Source: Octopus sinensis
Taxonomy: Eukaryota
Assembly: GCF_006345805.1 (NCBI RefSeq)
Contig: NC_042999.1
Coordinates: 164,300,001 to 164,364,000 of the forward strand
Direction of reading: 5' to 3'
Length of the DNA: 64,000 nt
The translations under genes and the position numbers were made by a program. Shown here in pieces: positions 1 through 10,878 of the stretch (its first letter is position 1; each line of letters begins with the position of its first letter). A model generated the notes under the pieces. It searched no databases, was not told where the DNA came from, and saw only the letters and a program-made list of their open reading frames with translations.

Positions 1-160
1 CGTCTGTCGTTACATTCTGAGTTCAAATTCCGCCAAGGTCGACTTTGCTTTCATCCTTTCGGGGTGGATAAATAAAGTAACAGTTTCGCTCTGGGTCGAT
101 GTAATCGACTGTCCTTGTTTGTCCCCTCTATGTTTAGCCCCCTGTGGGCAGTAAAGAAAT
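1..160 (+). mobile_element. SINE-B (tRNA-derived SINE), tail type 1, head cut off by window edge
   Basis: Shares the core gagttcaaattccgcc-aggtcgactttg-ctttcatcctttcggggt and the tail tccttgtttgtcccctctatgtttagcccc..gtggg-agtaaagaaata with the copies at 22893 and 60579. Confidence 0.85.
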
Positions 161-167
161 ATATATA

Positions 168-203
<36 letters not shown>

Positions 204-281
204 TACATATATATACATACATATTCATACATATATATACATATACAGACATATATACACACATATATATATATATATATT
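160..281. repeat. (TA)n/(TACA)n microsatellite
   Basis: Direct reading of the sequence. Confidence 0.95.
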
Positions 282-530
282 ATATGTAGAAAAATACAAA
301 CTGGGACAAGAACGTAAAACATTTAGAAGACGATACAAAAAACACGGACGGGACATTCGAAGCCTTCAATCTTCAGTCAAGAACCGGATCATCCTAGCAA
401 TTTCGGAGGATGATCCGGTTCTTGACTGAAGATTGAAGGCTTCGAATGTCCCGTCCGTGTTTTTTGTATCGTCTTCTAAATGTTTTACGTTCTTGTCCCA
501 GTTTGTATTTTTCTACATATAATATATATA
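272..530. repeat. Perfect foldback (124-bp arms, 11-nt loop) in (TA)n; probable Penelope-like inverted pLTR or foldback element
   Basis: 272-395 is the exact reverse complement of 407-530; loop is agcaatttcgg. The class assignment is inference. Confidence 0.9.
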
Positions 531-2015
531 GCGACGTCCGTACCCTCGTTGGCCTTATGTAAGTATATATATATATTATCCAGCATGGTATCTGAAAATT
601 CTCCTTGTTGCCAGGCATGTCTTTAAGGTTGTCAGTGTAGTTGGCGACAACCCAACCATACAACAAGGTTGTGCTAGGTTGCATGTTACCGGTAGCATTC
701 AAAAGTGACTTGAGTTTTAGACACCCTGCGGGATGAAAAGCCAGCCCCGTTAAAAAGCAGGTGGACGGATGCATGAAAGTGAATGGATATCCATTTGTGA
801 GTAATTATGCTTGATTCGAATCTCTCCTGAGTTTTATGTGTTCTTTGGTGGGAAAAACGCTATGAGAGTTGATACTGTGAAACCAAACCTGTAGTTAATG
901 TGGTTTCCAGTTATCATGCAATGCTTGTCATAGGATTCTAGTTACTCATACATAGGGAGTAGGATACTTCATGTACAATTATGTCATTTGAGCTCAATGA
1001 CGTACAGATATCTTATTTTGTCTGGTCCATAGTCAGTTTGTTAAAGTTCTGTGGTGAGGAGTGACAACAAAATCTTTTGCAGAGGACACAGCATGAGGAG
1101 TAGTAGAAGTGTAGTGTCATTGACTATTATTATATTTATAGTTATATATATAACTTCCAGAATTTAAACAAACGGAAAATTCACACATGCAATGTCGCTC
1201 ATTCCTCGTCAGTTATCGTCCAAAAAATCCTTATAATTCCATGCCTTTAACGATAATATTGTTCACTTTTGGTGGAGTCAACAAAAGCTGCCGAGAATAT
1301 TGAGCGAGCGTTGGGGACAACGATGAAAAGAAACATGGCACAAATGTGAATTTAAAAACAAAATAAAATAAACATTCAATATACGGACGAAATAAGGCGA
1401 ATGAGTAGGCAGAGGGGAAAATGTCCTGTAGGACTGAAAACGGATAAGGGGATGGATGGAAAACCCAGATCGAAAAATGAAAAAAAAAACAACCATGTTG
1501 AAAGTAGAAAAGGGAGCAAGAGAAACGTGACTGAACGAGTCAGCGGTCAGGCGGAAACGGAAGTAAGAGAGGGAAAGGGTCACGAGTCACGTGGCAGTGG
1601 AAGAAGAAATAAAAATGTGAGACAGAAGTAAGTTGGTGAGAGAGGGGAGGAGAGAAAGAGAGAGGAAACGTCTATTTCTTTCTTTCTCCTTCCCCCCTCT
1701 TACCAACGTACCCGTCTTTTGCCCTCCCCTCTCTCACCAATTTACCTCTCTGCTGCTTTCTGTTTCCCTACCCTCCACCACTTTTCCCCCTCTCCATCCA
1801 CTACCACGTGACCATTCCTATCTCCCTTCTTCCATTTCTTTTTTCGCCTGACTTGCTGACTCGTTCTCTCACCTTTATCTCACTTTCTTTTCTACTTTCA
1901 AAATGGTTTTCTTTTTCGCCTTTCCTTCTCTTTTTCCATCTGATGCGGTCATTCGTTTGGTTGCACGTTTCTGAAAAGTTTCCGGGTGATTGATATGCTG
2001 AGCAAGATAGGAGTT

Positions 2016-2500
2016 TCAGAGCGGTGATGCAAACTCTAAATGTGGCGTACCATAGCGATATACAGCAGGAGAGCAGCTGACAAAGGTTTTACTGAGTGAT
2101 GTTGAGACACCCGCAACCTTCTTGACAATCTTAGAGACGGGGCTTGTCCAACGCAGATCGCTGTTTGCAATAATATCCAGGTCACGTTCACTAACAAACT
2201 TCCAAGGAAAGAAATGTTGTTGGGGGAGTACATATGTAAAAGCTGGGGTGTTAACCCCCAATATGCATGGTGACACACTTGTCCACTACTAGCTCGAGCT
2301 GCCAGTCGGTAATTCATTGTTGCATTGTGTCCAGGTCTTTTTTTTATCTCAATGTACAGCTTGACGTCATCTGCATATTTCAGCACTAACATTCTTCAAG
2401 TTGGCATCTATGTCATTAATATATCCAGCAAATAATATGGGTTCAAGAACAGATTTGTAGGCCACACTATTTGAAACAGGTTCGTAGCCCGCAAAATATT
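2016..2500 (-). mobile_element. CR1/L2-type non-LTR retrotransposon reverse-transcriptase fragment (frameshifted)
   Basis: Minus-strand translation gives SVLEPILFAGYINDID...LKYADDVKLY (RT domains 4-5), then ERDLDIIANSDLRW..KIVKK and PHLEFAS (CR1 thumb region), spread across frameshifts. Confidence 0.85.
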
Positions 2501-2672
2501 CGTTGGGAATCAACAACAGTTATCTCCCCTGTCGAATGTTCTAGAACATTGGTTAGCTCTCCCTTTGCTAGCATACAAGGCGTAACTGCTAAATGACACA
2601 TAGGAAGGCGTTAGAAAGCATATCGCCAACTTAAGAGCGTGTTCCGGAGGAATTTTGCTGTTCTTCTCTAAG

Positions 2673-3222
2673 TCACGACAAGGTTAATTTCGGGGAGAGA
2701 GCCAGACACACGGATTCTATATTCTGTCCTACCAGCAACTCGTTATGGTATTTTACGCCTAGTGCCTGTCCAAAAGTAATTTTCGTAGTTTGGATTCCTC
2801 CTGTTTTCTCACTGTCATAGTGGAACATGGAAGGATATCCAGAAACTTTTTCTTCAATACCAGATAACTTTATTGGGCATTGTGGACTCACAGTATGAAT
2901 TCGTTTGTTACGCATCTGAATAAAACTTTGGACACGAAGTTGTTCACGAACGGACACAAGTGTCGTCGTCACTTACTGCAACGGAGGCGTTTCACAGCCG
3001 CTGGATTAATGACGCAATCCAGTCATTAAAGTGTTGACGTCTTCGTTAGCGACTTCCTTCGCTAAAGCTTCCTGTGGTACACTAGTTGTCATATCTTAGG
3101 GTAAAAATGAGGTCCTAGAACTGTGAGAGAATGGACTTCAGCCTTGTTACAGCGATTATTTTTCACACCCATTTCAGAGAGTTTTGCCATGAGTTGCTTG
3201 TCTCGCACAGAATTGAAACCTT
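2673..3222 (-). mobile_element. Possible second, highly decayed LINE RT fragment
   Basis: FNSVRDKQLMAKLSEMGV resembles KAFDxVxHxxLxxKL, and LGVKYHNELLVGQNIESVC resembles LGVxFDxxLxWxxHI. No intact YADD; weak. Confidence 0.3.
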
Positions 3223-3270
3223 TTCTCCTCTTTGTATGTACGTATATGCAATACTATCCCTATATATTAT

Positions 3271-3631
3271 TTGTTTCAGTCACTTAACTGCGGCTATGCT
3301 GGAGCACCGCCTTTTAGTCGAACAAATCGACCCCAGGACTTATTCTTTGTAAGCCTAATACTTATTCTATCGGTCTCTTTTGCCGAACCGCTAAGTTACG
3401 GGGACGTAAATACACTCCAGCATTGGTTGACAAGCGATGTTGAGGGGACAAACACAAACACAGACATACATACAGTTCTTTCAGTTTCCGTCTATCAGAT
3501 CCACTCACAATACTTTGGTCGGTCCGAGGCTATAGTAGAAAGCATTTGTCCAAGGTGCCACACAGAGGGACTGAACCCGGAATCATGCGGTTGGTAAGCA
3601 AGTTACTTACCACACAGCCACTTCTGCACCT
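3271..3631 (-). mobile_element. SINE-A, full length (tRNA-derived)
   Basis: Minus-strand head has A-box TGGCTGTGTGG and B-box GGTTCAGTCC; body and tail match the copies at 6433, 19240, 28992, 40765 and 43338. Confidence 0.9.
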
Positions 3632-5864
3632 ACATTAAATATGCAATTGCTGTATATATGTAAGTGTGCACGTGGGTATGAATGTATACAAATAACGCGC
3701 GTGTGTGTGTGTGTGTAGCGATATCGTTTCAACGGTTGATGTTTTTGGTTATCCTTATTACCTGTGGTGTTTCCTATGAATGTATGGGATAATCTCTTCT
3801 TTTCTTATTTGGCATCATCCGCTCAGCAATGGCAAACTTTTCTCTGCTTCTGATTTTTAAGGTCCTTGTAGCGATCATGCTTGATAGTAATTATATATTC
3901 TACCTCGGCATAGCCTCGATATAATTTCTTTCAAGTAAATATGTGTACGATAACCATATCTATCTGTTTGCTTGTGTTTTAGGATGCAATCATCTTCTTG
4001 AAAAGAAAATACGAAATATCTATGTACATTCTTCCAATAGATTTCTACAACTAAACTTATGTGATTGTCTTATGGATGTACATTTTTGCAAACGACGTCA
4101 TGTAAATTTTTACAAATTAATATCTGGAAATTTCCTTGTTCGAACTCAATATTTAACGAGTATTTTGAAACGAAGTGCTGTAGAATTAATTGCTGCTTTA
4201 TAATACGATATGTGTTTTCTCTTTTGAAAATAGGCAAGCAAAAGAAAATTACACATAACTAATTTGTGTTATATCTATTAACTAACTTTACAAAAATTCC
4301 ATTGTTGGTTACTAGATGTTTGAGCAAACACATTTTTCTAATAAAAAACTTGTGACTGCAACAGCATAGCACATCCTATACTTTGTACGCGATTTACCAA
4401 CACATGGTGTACTAACTCTTACACAATTTCTTACAATGCTCTCAACCGTCCCATTTAAATTTTTTCCCCCTTAGGCTGTGGACCCACCTCACTGATTTTC
4501 ACATTTTTCAAAGCCAAATTTCACCTCATTTTCGAGTTATTTCTCCCAGAAATAATGGTGTCCAACTACGATACAGCAATCACTAATGATGACATAGCAG
4601 AACCGTCATCCTTTACACATGGCCTTGCTTTATATTCCACTTGTGTATTTTAAGTAAAACACAACAAAATAAAACGAAAAACGAGACAATTACTCACATA
4701 TCCAGGGAACTAGCTGTATTGCACAACACCCGTACACAAACATAACATAGAGCTAAAATCATTAATTTTTTAATAAATGACTGACCTTATAGTCTGATAG
4801 TTTTCCATAATCTCTAGTCCTTTACTTCCTTTGAGCCTCAACAGCTAAGGCGATATTAGATCACTGCCTTCAAAGCAGAATGTTTTGTATATTGTGTAAT
4901 TTATGTGCATATCTAAGGACCCAGTTTTTGATGGTTTATAAGGCGTACTTAGTGTGTCTAATTGGTTTACCAGTTCATTTAGAATTGTTCTACTCTAGTT
5001 TCTTTTCTTTTTTGACCATTTCCTGGTGGATGCCACAAATAAATACATCACAGTAACTTTTAAACTTCTTGCGGGAAACCTAAAGTTTCTTTTGAGATGT
5101 CTTGAAATACTAAAGTTTTGTTTCTAATGAGAAAATTTGAGAAAAGAAGTGTTGGAATCCGAGAATACCTTTCATTACCCCTGTTCGTCCAAAAGTTTGG
5201 AGGAAGCTTTGCATTTCATCCTATCGGGATGGATAAAATAGCAGTCAAATTTCAGACCTTTGTACTAATTATTATTATTTTAATGCGAGAAGAACATGAG
5301 ACGTGAAAGTTTCTAATACTGATTGAACAGAAATTCTATTTTCTTGTTCAAACTGGGTTGTCTGAAATTATTAGATCAGTCTCTTCCCAAATTACCTCTC
5401 TCAGCTTTGAGATGAATGTCTGAGAAGGGAAATTTGTACATTTTGAAATTTCTTGTTGGGGATATTTTCATTATTATAACACTGACAGCTTAAATTTATT
5501 GCCTGAGAAAGCGAAAAAAACTTGTTTCGATGGTGTGTACCAGAACTGTGGTGTCGGTGAATATATGATTTAACACATTACATTGTACGTTGTTCGCATT
5601 GTTAGTTGAAGTAGTCTTGAGTGGCGTTAATTAGGGCCGCCCATTTCCATTTTGATTAGAAGTGAACATACAAGTTGAATACACTATGGAGTCCATTTTG
5701 TTGCTCGTGTGTTCAGGCTACTCTCAAGGATGTTGGTGTGTCAACCACTTCGAGTATCTTCTTCCAAACAGCGATGATGAGAATGTATCCGTGGAGATGA
5801 CCTCATGTCCCTCAGTGTCTAGTGAACGATCAGCACTGCATAGATTTTGAGTGAATAAAAAGCA

Positions 5865-6150
5865 GTGAAGCCTTCACGAAGCGCCGAAGGTAAAGAATAC
5901 GTACATCACCCGTTTTTTTTTTTTGGGCGTTTAGTGTTACAGTTACGTCGAAAACGAGTGGTGTGCGTATTCTTTACCGCCGCCCATAAAGCTTGTAGAA
6001 CGACCGTGCGAAGCTATAGAGCAACTTCGCCATTTCTCTCTGGATCAATAATTTGATCTATACACTTTTAAATGAGAAGCCTGCAGCGCGAGCCTCAACG
6101 TTTCTCTCTTTTTCTTTTACTAAGAGCTAAATCGTGTCGGCTAGTTAGCT
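5865..6150. promoter_or_regulatory. CpG-rich promoter-like patch containing a 90-nt hairpin and a YY1-type motif (cgccattt, 6028-6035)
   Basis: Visibly high CpG density, AAATGGCG on the minus strand, and an inverted repeat at 5889-5916/5951-5978. Confidence 0.35.
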
Positions 6151-6432
6151 TGAGAAATGCACCCTAAAGACTAGGTTTCCTTTTCCTTACCAGATACTCT
6201 GTCTACATACCCAACACTGCAGCGATCTCGATCAACTCTTCTATTCACATTCCCATCATTCTCTCTAAAAACAGGGGGTGGGGTGCAAAAGTAGGTATAC
6301 AGTATCACATCAATGTTATAATGCCTGATTCATTAAAATTATTAACACATTTTGTCCCATTTTTGATATTTTCAGTGTCATTAATCATAATAATACATTT
6401 ATCATAACTGTAATAATACTTTTATACTTATA

Positions 6433-6790
6433 CTTGTTTCAGTCATTTGACTGTGGCCAGACAGGAGCACCGCCTTTAGTCGAACAAATCGACCCCAGGA
6501 CTTATTCTTTGTAAGCCTAGTACTTATTCTATCGGTCTCTTTTGCCGAACCGTTAAGTTACGTGGACGTAAACACCCCAACATCGGTTATCAAGTGATGG
6601 TTGGGGGACAAACACCTACGCGCGCGCACACACACACAATACACATATTCGACGAGCTTCTTTCAGTTTCCGTCTATCAAATCCACTCACAAGGCTTCGG
6701 TCGGACCGAGGCAATAGTAGAAGACACTTGCCCAAGGTAACATGCAGTGGGACTGAACCTGGAACCATGTGGTTGGGAAGCAAGCTTCTT
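6433..6790 (-). mobile_element. SINE-A body and tail (host of the Tx1 insertion; 5' head continues at 10850-10878)
   Basis: SINE-A consensus runs to ...ggttgggaagcaagcttctt (6790) and resumes as ggaagcaagcttcttaccacacagcca at 10850. Confidence 0.9.
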
Positions 6791-7044
6791 TAATTTATAA
6801 ATTGACTATGGAAGCCGTACATAGATGGGACAAGGACAGACAAATATAGAGGGGGAAGAAGTTGCTTATTACGAATGAAACAGTTTCGAATGATAAATAA
6901 GTCATGCTGTTAAAAAAAATTTTTTTTTTTCCTTTTAAAAGTTTCTGTATAAATTTGATAATCATTGCAAATTTTGCAATGTGTGACTCAAGGAAAGGCA
7001 TCCAACCGCCAGGTTCGAACCTTTACTTTTCTTTCTGGCCCCAC

Positions 7045-9835
7045 TTACGTGGTTCCAGTTACTCGCAGCTTGCTCACTACTTGCTTCCATCTTTTCGCAA
7101 ACATATCCTGTGACAGGTATCTCTTCACCAGCCTGATCTTGCTATCGAGGTGGTAACTAAAGACGTTAACCAACCCCTGGCCAGAGACGAAGGTACTCGT
7201 CACTATACCTCTTAAACGCGTCAGTATGGCTACTACGCAGAAAAAACAAGCCTTCCTTTCCCTGTTAAGGGAAGGAGGCGGCACAATCTTGACAATAGAC
7301 TCAGCCGATAGCTGTACCCTTCCCATCGTTGACAACAGTTGCTCGATAAAAGCTATCAGTCCCGATAATTCCGGACACTCCACGAAGGCGTGCAAGACAG
7401 TTTCTCTAATCCCGCCCGCACCTCGGGCATGTCGACGAGACGGCACTTCCGTGCCTTGATAGCTTGTCTCGAATAGGCAAAACCGAACGGTAGCACTGCC
7501 AAGCCAGGGATTTCTGGTAATTATCCAGATACTTCAGCCCGAAAGTTCTCCTGAACAGGTTGATCAACTGATTTCCATCGAAGCCCAGGGTCTCCCCCAG
7601 GACATCGTCTGACATATATTCCACTAACCAGCTATAGAAATCCGCAGTGGAACTCCTGTTGCCGGTACTGCCCGCCCGAGAGAGTAGCTGGAGTGCTTGA
7701 CGGCATTCCAATTACCAATCCCCCAGCTTAGGTCTTCGTTTGATCCATAGATCAATGTTCGTTAGGGACGTCAACTGCGGAAGGTAGAACCCTACGTGCG
7801 GTGATCACACCTGCTCCCCGTCCAGGTAAAGCCAGGGGTGCCTCAACCTTAACGCGAATTTTCGCATCCTCAGCCAAGGCATCCCTAACGCCTCCAACTT
7901 CCGCAGCAATGGCTCAAAGGCCAATACATACAAAAGCGGTGACAGGACATCCCTGGCATACTGAGCGTTCAATATTGAGCGGTTTTGAAAAAAATCCGTT
8001 CACTCGGACGATAGACTTAATGTCACTGTACAAAGCAGCAATCCAACCGCGGAAAGTCGAGCCCAACCCGGCCTCCCCGAGGACCGCCGCCATGTACGAT
8101 AGTCGACCCTATCAAATGCTTTAGACTGGTCTAAATGTACCAGTGTCTTACCTTTGCCAGAAATTTTACGAACCCTCTCTAAGGAGTAGCGATTAAGATG
8201 GAGATTGTCGCGAATAGTCCTGCCCGGGATAGCGCAAGTTTGCGTCTCCCCGACAAGTCTGTCCACGACACGCGCCAGCCTTTTTGCCACTACCTTGGCC
8301 AAATAGCTCTGTGTTTAACAAAGTTATGGGCCGAAAATTACTTATGATATTGGATCCTTTCTGATCAATGTCACTACACCACGGTTCGCAGGTCTGGGAA
8401 TTCTCCCATTCTGCTGCCAGTTGGTGCAGACGCTGGCCAGTAGGTGTCCGAACAAGTCTGGCATACTTTTGTGAAACTCATAGGGCAGACCACCAAGACC
8501 CGGCGACTTGTCCCCGAAGCATTCGGATAGCGCCTCGATCACCTCCGCAGCTGTAATTGGCTCCTCACAGCATTCAGTTTCTCGTGCCGAGAGACGATGG
8601 CCACCAACCAGGAAGTCCCGTAAAGCCTCACCGTGGTCTAGCATCCCGCTTCTCCCGAACATCTCGGTGAAGTGCTTGTAAAGTGCCTCACACATCTCCT
8701 CCTGTCCTTTGACCAAACGTTCATTTTGATTATGGCACCGTTGCTATGCTGGGTCTCTACCGTACGGGTCTACATGGCAACATTAATTCCCTCGCAGCCA
8801 AATGCATGTACTTTAGCCCGAACCCTGCATCCCTCATGTTTGGCTTTGAGGTAACGGTCCAAGGCCGTTCTCGCTGCCAGAATTTGGGATGCAGTACCCA
8901 ATCTCAATACCTCTTCTAAAGCCTTAAGTAGGTTCCCTTCTGTTATAGCCTTATCTAAACTTAACGGACGGCTAAATCTAATGGACTCAAAACGTATGAC
9001 TCTTTTTAGGGCAAACCACCACCGGTTATTCACCACGGTTCCAGTTAATGCCCTTTTCACTAACTCCTTAATCCGGTTACGGTATGCCTCTCAAGCCAAA
9101 ATAGACTTGTTCAGCTTCCAGTAGCCGGATCCCTGTCTATGGGCACTATGTTCAGCCTGCACTTATCCATTTTATGGTCAGTGTAGGCGACTTGAACAAA
9201 CTGTGGACAGCTAAAGCTAAACATATCTCTAATCCTTATAACTATCCTGTCTAAGTAAGACTTGAGCTTCCCGTCACCATTCATCCAGGTCTACACTGGG
9301 ATGTTCGGGTGATCAAGTCTGTAACCATCTGCCAGCTGAAAACGCTTAAACAGATCGATGAAGCGTGAGTTAATACCTATCTAGGCGTGCATCCAAGATA
9401 GCATTGTAGTCTCCTAATACAACTAATGTCTTAGACGCCACGAGAAAGTTCTCTAGGCATCGATAGAAATCAGTTTGCTGCCTTCTTGTACAAGACGCAT
9501 AAATACCGATCAACCTGAAGGCCTAGTTGCTGTTTGTCACATCAAGGACAACCAGCCCACCTTCAGGGTCCACAAAGACTGTACTCGACTGCAGAGTCAA
9601 GTCTTTTCGGACCAGGACTACTACACTCCCTCGACCTCTGGTCTGGCCAGGAGACATGATTTTCTCATAGCCATTCAGGAGAGCCGAGAAGGTTTGTAGC
9701 CTATCCAGCTTGGTTTCTGTAGCAACCATTACATATATATCATGTGATTTGAAGTCGTCAAGGAAACATGCTTGCTTCTACTTCGAGATCAGACCATGCA
9801 CATTTAAACAATCAAGGTTAAATGTTGTTAGTTTA
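7045..9835 (-). pseudogene. Tx1 ORF2 remnant (APE endonuclease - RT - C-terminal zinc knuckle), many frameshifts, YADD region missing
   Basis: CLNVHGL..., VATETKL, GGLVVLDV (APE); KSPGLGGLPYEF, TCAIPGRTIRDN, LDQSKAFDRV, QG.P.SPLLYVL (RT); CPRCGRD..ETVLHAFVECP (CCHC). Confidence 0.9.
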
Positions 9836-9887
9836 AGAAAAAGTAAAGGTTCTACTTACTTTTTTGTTGGCGATATAGGAACCGACC

Positions 9888-10730
9888 TCACGTCTCTTGA
9901 GGGGTCCCTCTTTTTTCTGCTTTCCTTAGATATTTTGGAAGGTCTTTTAGCCTAGAAATGACTTTTGGATGCCTCCCCTTCAGATCTTTAAATAACGTTT
10001 CTCCTATCCAAGCACATTGTCTTGGAGAGTCCTTATATTTTGGAGCAAGACACTTTCCGATTTCAATCTGGTCCATATGTGCCAGCTTCTTTTACCTCCG
10101 GACAAAACGTTTTAAAAGCAATGGTTCTTTTTTTTTTGCTTTTTTTTTCTATTGCGTTAGTGGAAGGCGATAGTTTTACATCCCCCTCCGCCTCCGTCAT
10201 TCTTTGGATCATTTCCTGGAGGTCCCCCGATGGGATTTCCGGATTTTCTGTTTGTACGGTGGCGACTGCTGCAAAGCCTATTTTGGAGGCTGGTTAACTT
10301 CCAAAGCATTTTTCTCTAATTATCTCAACTGATGTTTCGGTGAGATAAATTAGCAAGAAACACACGAGAAAAAAAACTTAGGTTTCCCTATTTCCAAATT
10401 TTTTTCTTTTATTATTAACGTAAGTTCAAATCCCACCCCTGTCAGGGAGAGGGGCGTAGCTCAAATAAAGAGCCTACAACGGCTGAATACAGTTTTTTTT
10501 TCAAAAGAAAATTGTAGGTTCCCCCCGCCCCCCACACTGTTCAAAAATAAATTCCTCGTAATAGGAACAACTGTTCAAATCCCATCCCCGTTTGGGGTTG
10601 GGATGCAGTTTAACTACGAAGGCTAAATTTAAAAATGCACTCCGTTGATGGATCCACGAATAAACGGTTGTCAAATGGCTACAGAAATTTTCACTATTCC
10701 TCGGAATGCCGAGGAATTGTCCACCATAGC
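9888..10730 (-). pseudogene. Tx1 ORF1 remnant
   Basis: Broken, Lys-rich reading frames upstream of ORF2 and inside the TSD-bounded element; no zinc knuckle recognised. Confidence 0.5.
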
Positions 10731-10849
10731 CTGCAAATAGGCAACAGTTCACAAAAACAATTTTCAACAACAGTTTACAATAATTAACAGTTTCAACAAT
10801 AAAAATGACAACTCAAAGAGCACAAAAGTCACGACCAAAGTCTTCAACC

Positions 10850-10878
10850 GGAAGCAAGCTTCTTACCACACAGCCAAG
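10850..10878 (-). mobile_element. Displaced 5' head of the SINE-A at 6433-6790
   Basis: Reverse complement tggctgtgtggtaagaagcttgcttcc is the SINE-A A-box segment. Confidence 0.85.

Larger units (their letters stand above)
6791..10849 (-). mobile_element. Tx1-clade (L1-related) non-LTR retrotransposon, both ends present, internally deleted
   Basis: Flanked by a perfect 15-bp duplication ggaagcaagcttctt (6776-6790, 10850-10864); ORF1 remnant plus ORF2 with APE, RT and CCHC motifs. Confidence 0.9.

Noticed and set aside
615-708. Acceptor-like ttgccag|G followed by HVFKVVSVVGDNPTIQQGCARLHVTGSIQK*, with GTAAGT/GTGAGT donors nearby
   Set aside because: Short, no recognisable family, and no consistent exon chain could be built.
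10-774. ORFs 10-264, 115-429, 134-322 and 394-774
   Set aside because: They are translations of (TA)n and the foldback; the same peptide appears on both strands because of the palindrome.
3001-3028. Two interleaved 7-bp inverted repeats with pseudoknot-like topology
   Set aside because: The connecting loops are 0-2 nt, which is sterically implausible; more likely a micro-rearrangement.
4475-4653. Strong + strand acceptor followed by 58 open codons (CGPTSLIFTFFKAKF...)
   Set aside because: No homology recognised and no upstream partner exon; this length can occur by chance.
4698-4752. 55-nt minus-strand exon-like segment (TAG| ... |GTGAGT)
   Set aside because: It has a stop in the phase needed to join the 6033 candidate exon, and no coherent ORF with neighbouring segments.
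5717-5859. Exon-like segment with CWCV (thyroglobulin type-1 motif), a stop and AATAAA
   Set aside because: The other Tg1 cysteines and the QC motif are absent; a single 4-aa motif is insufficient.
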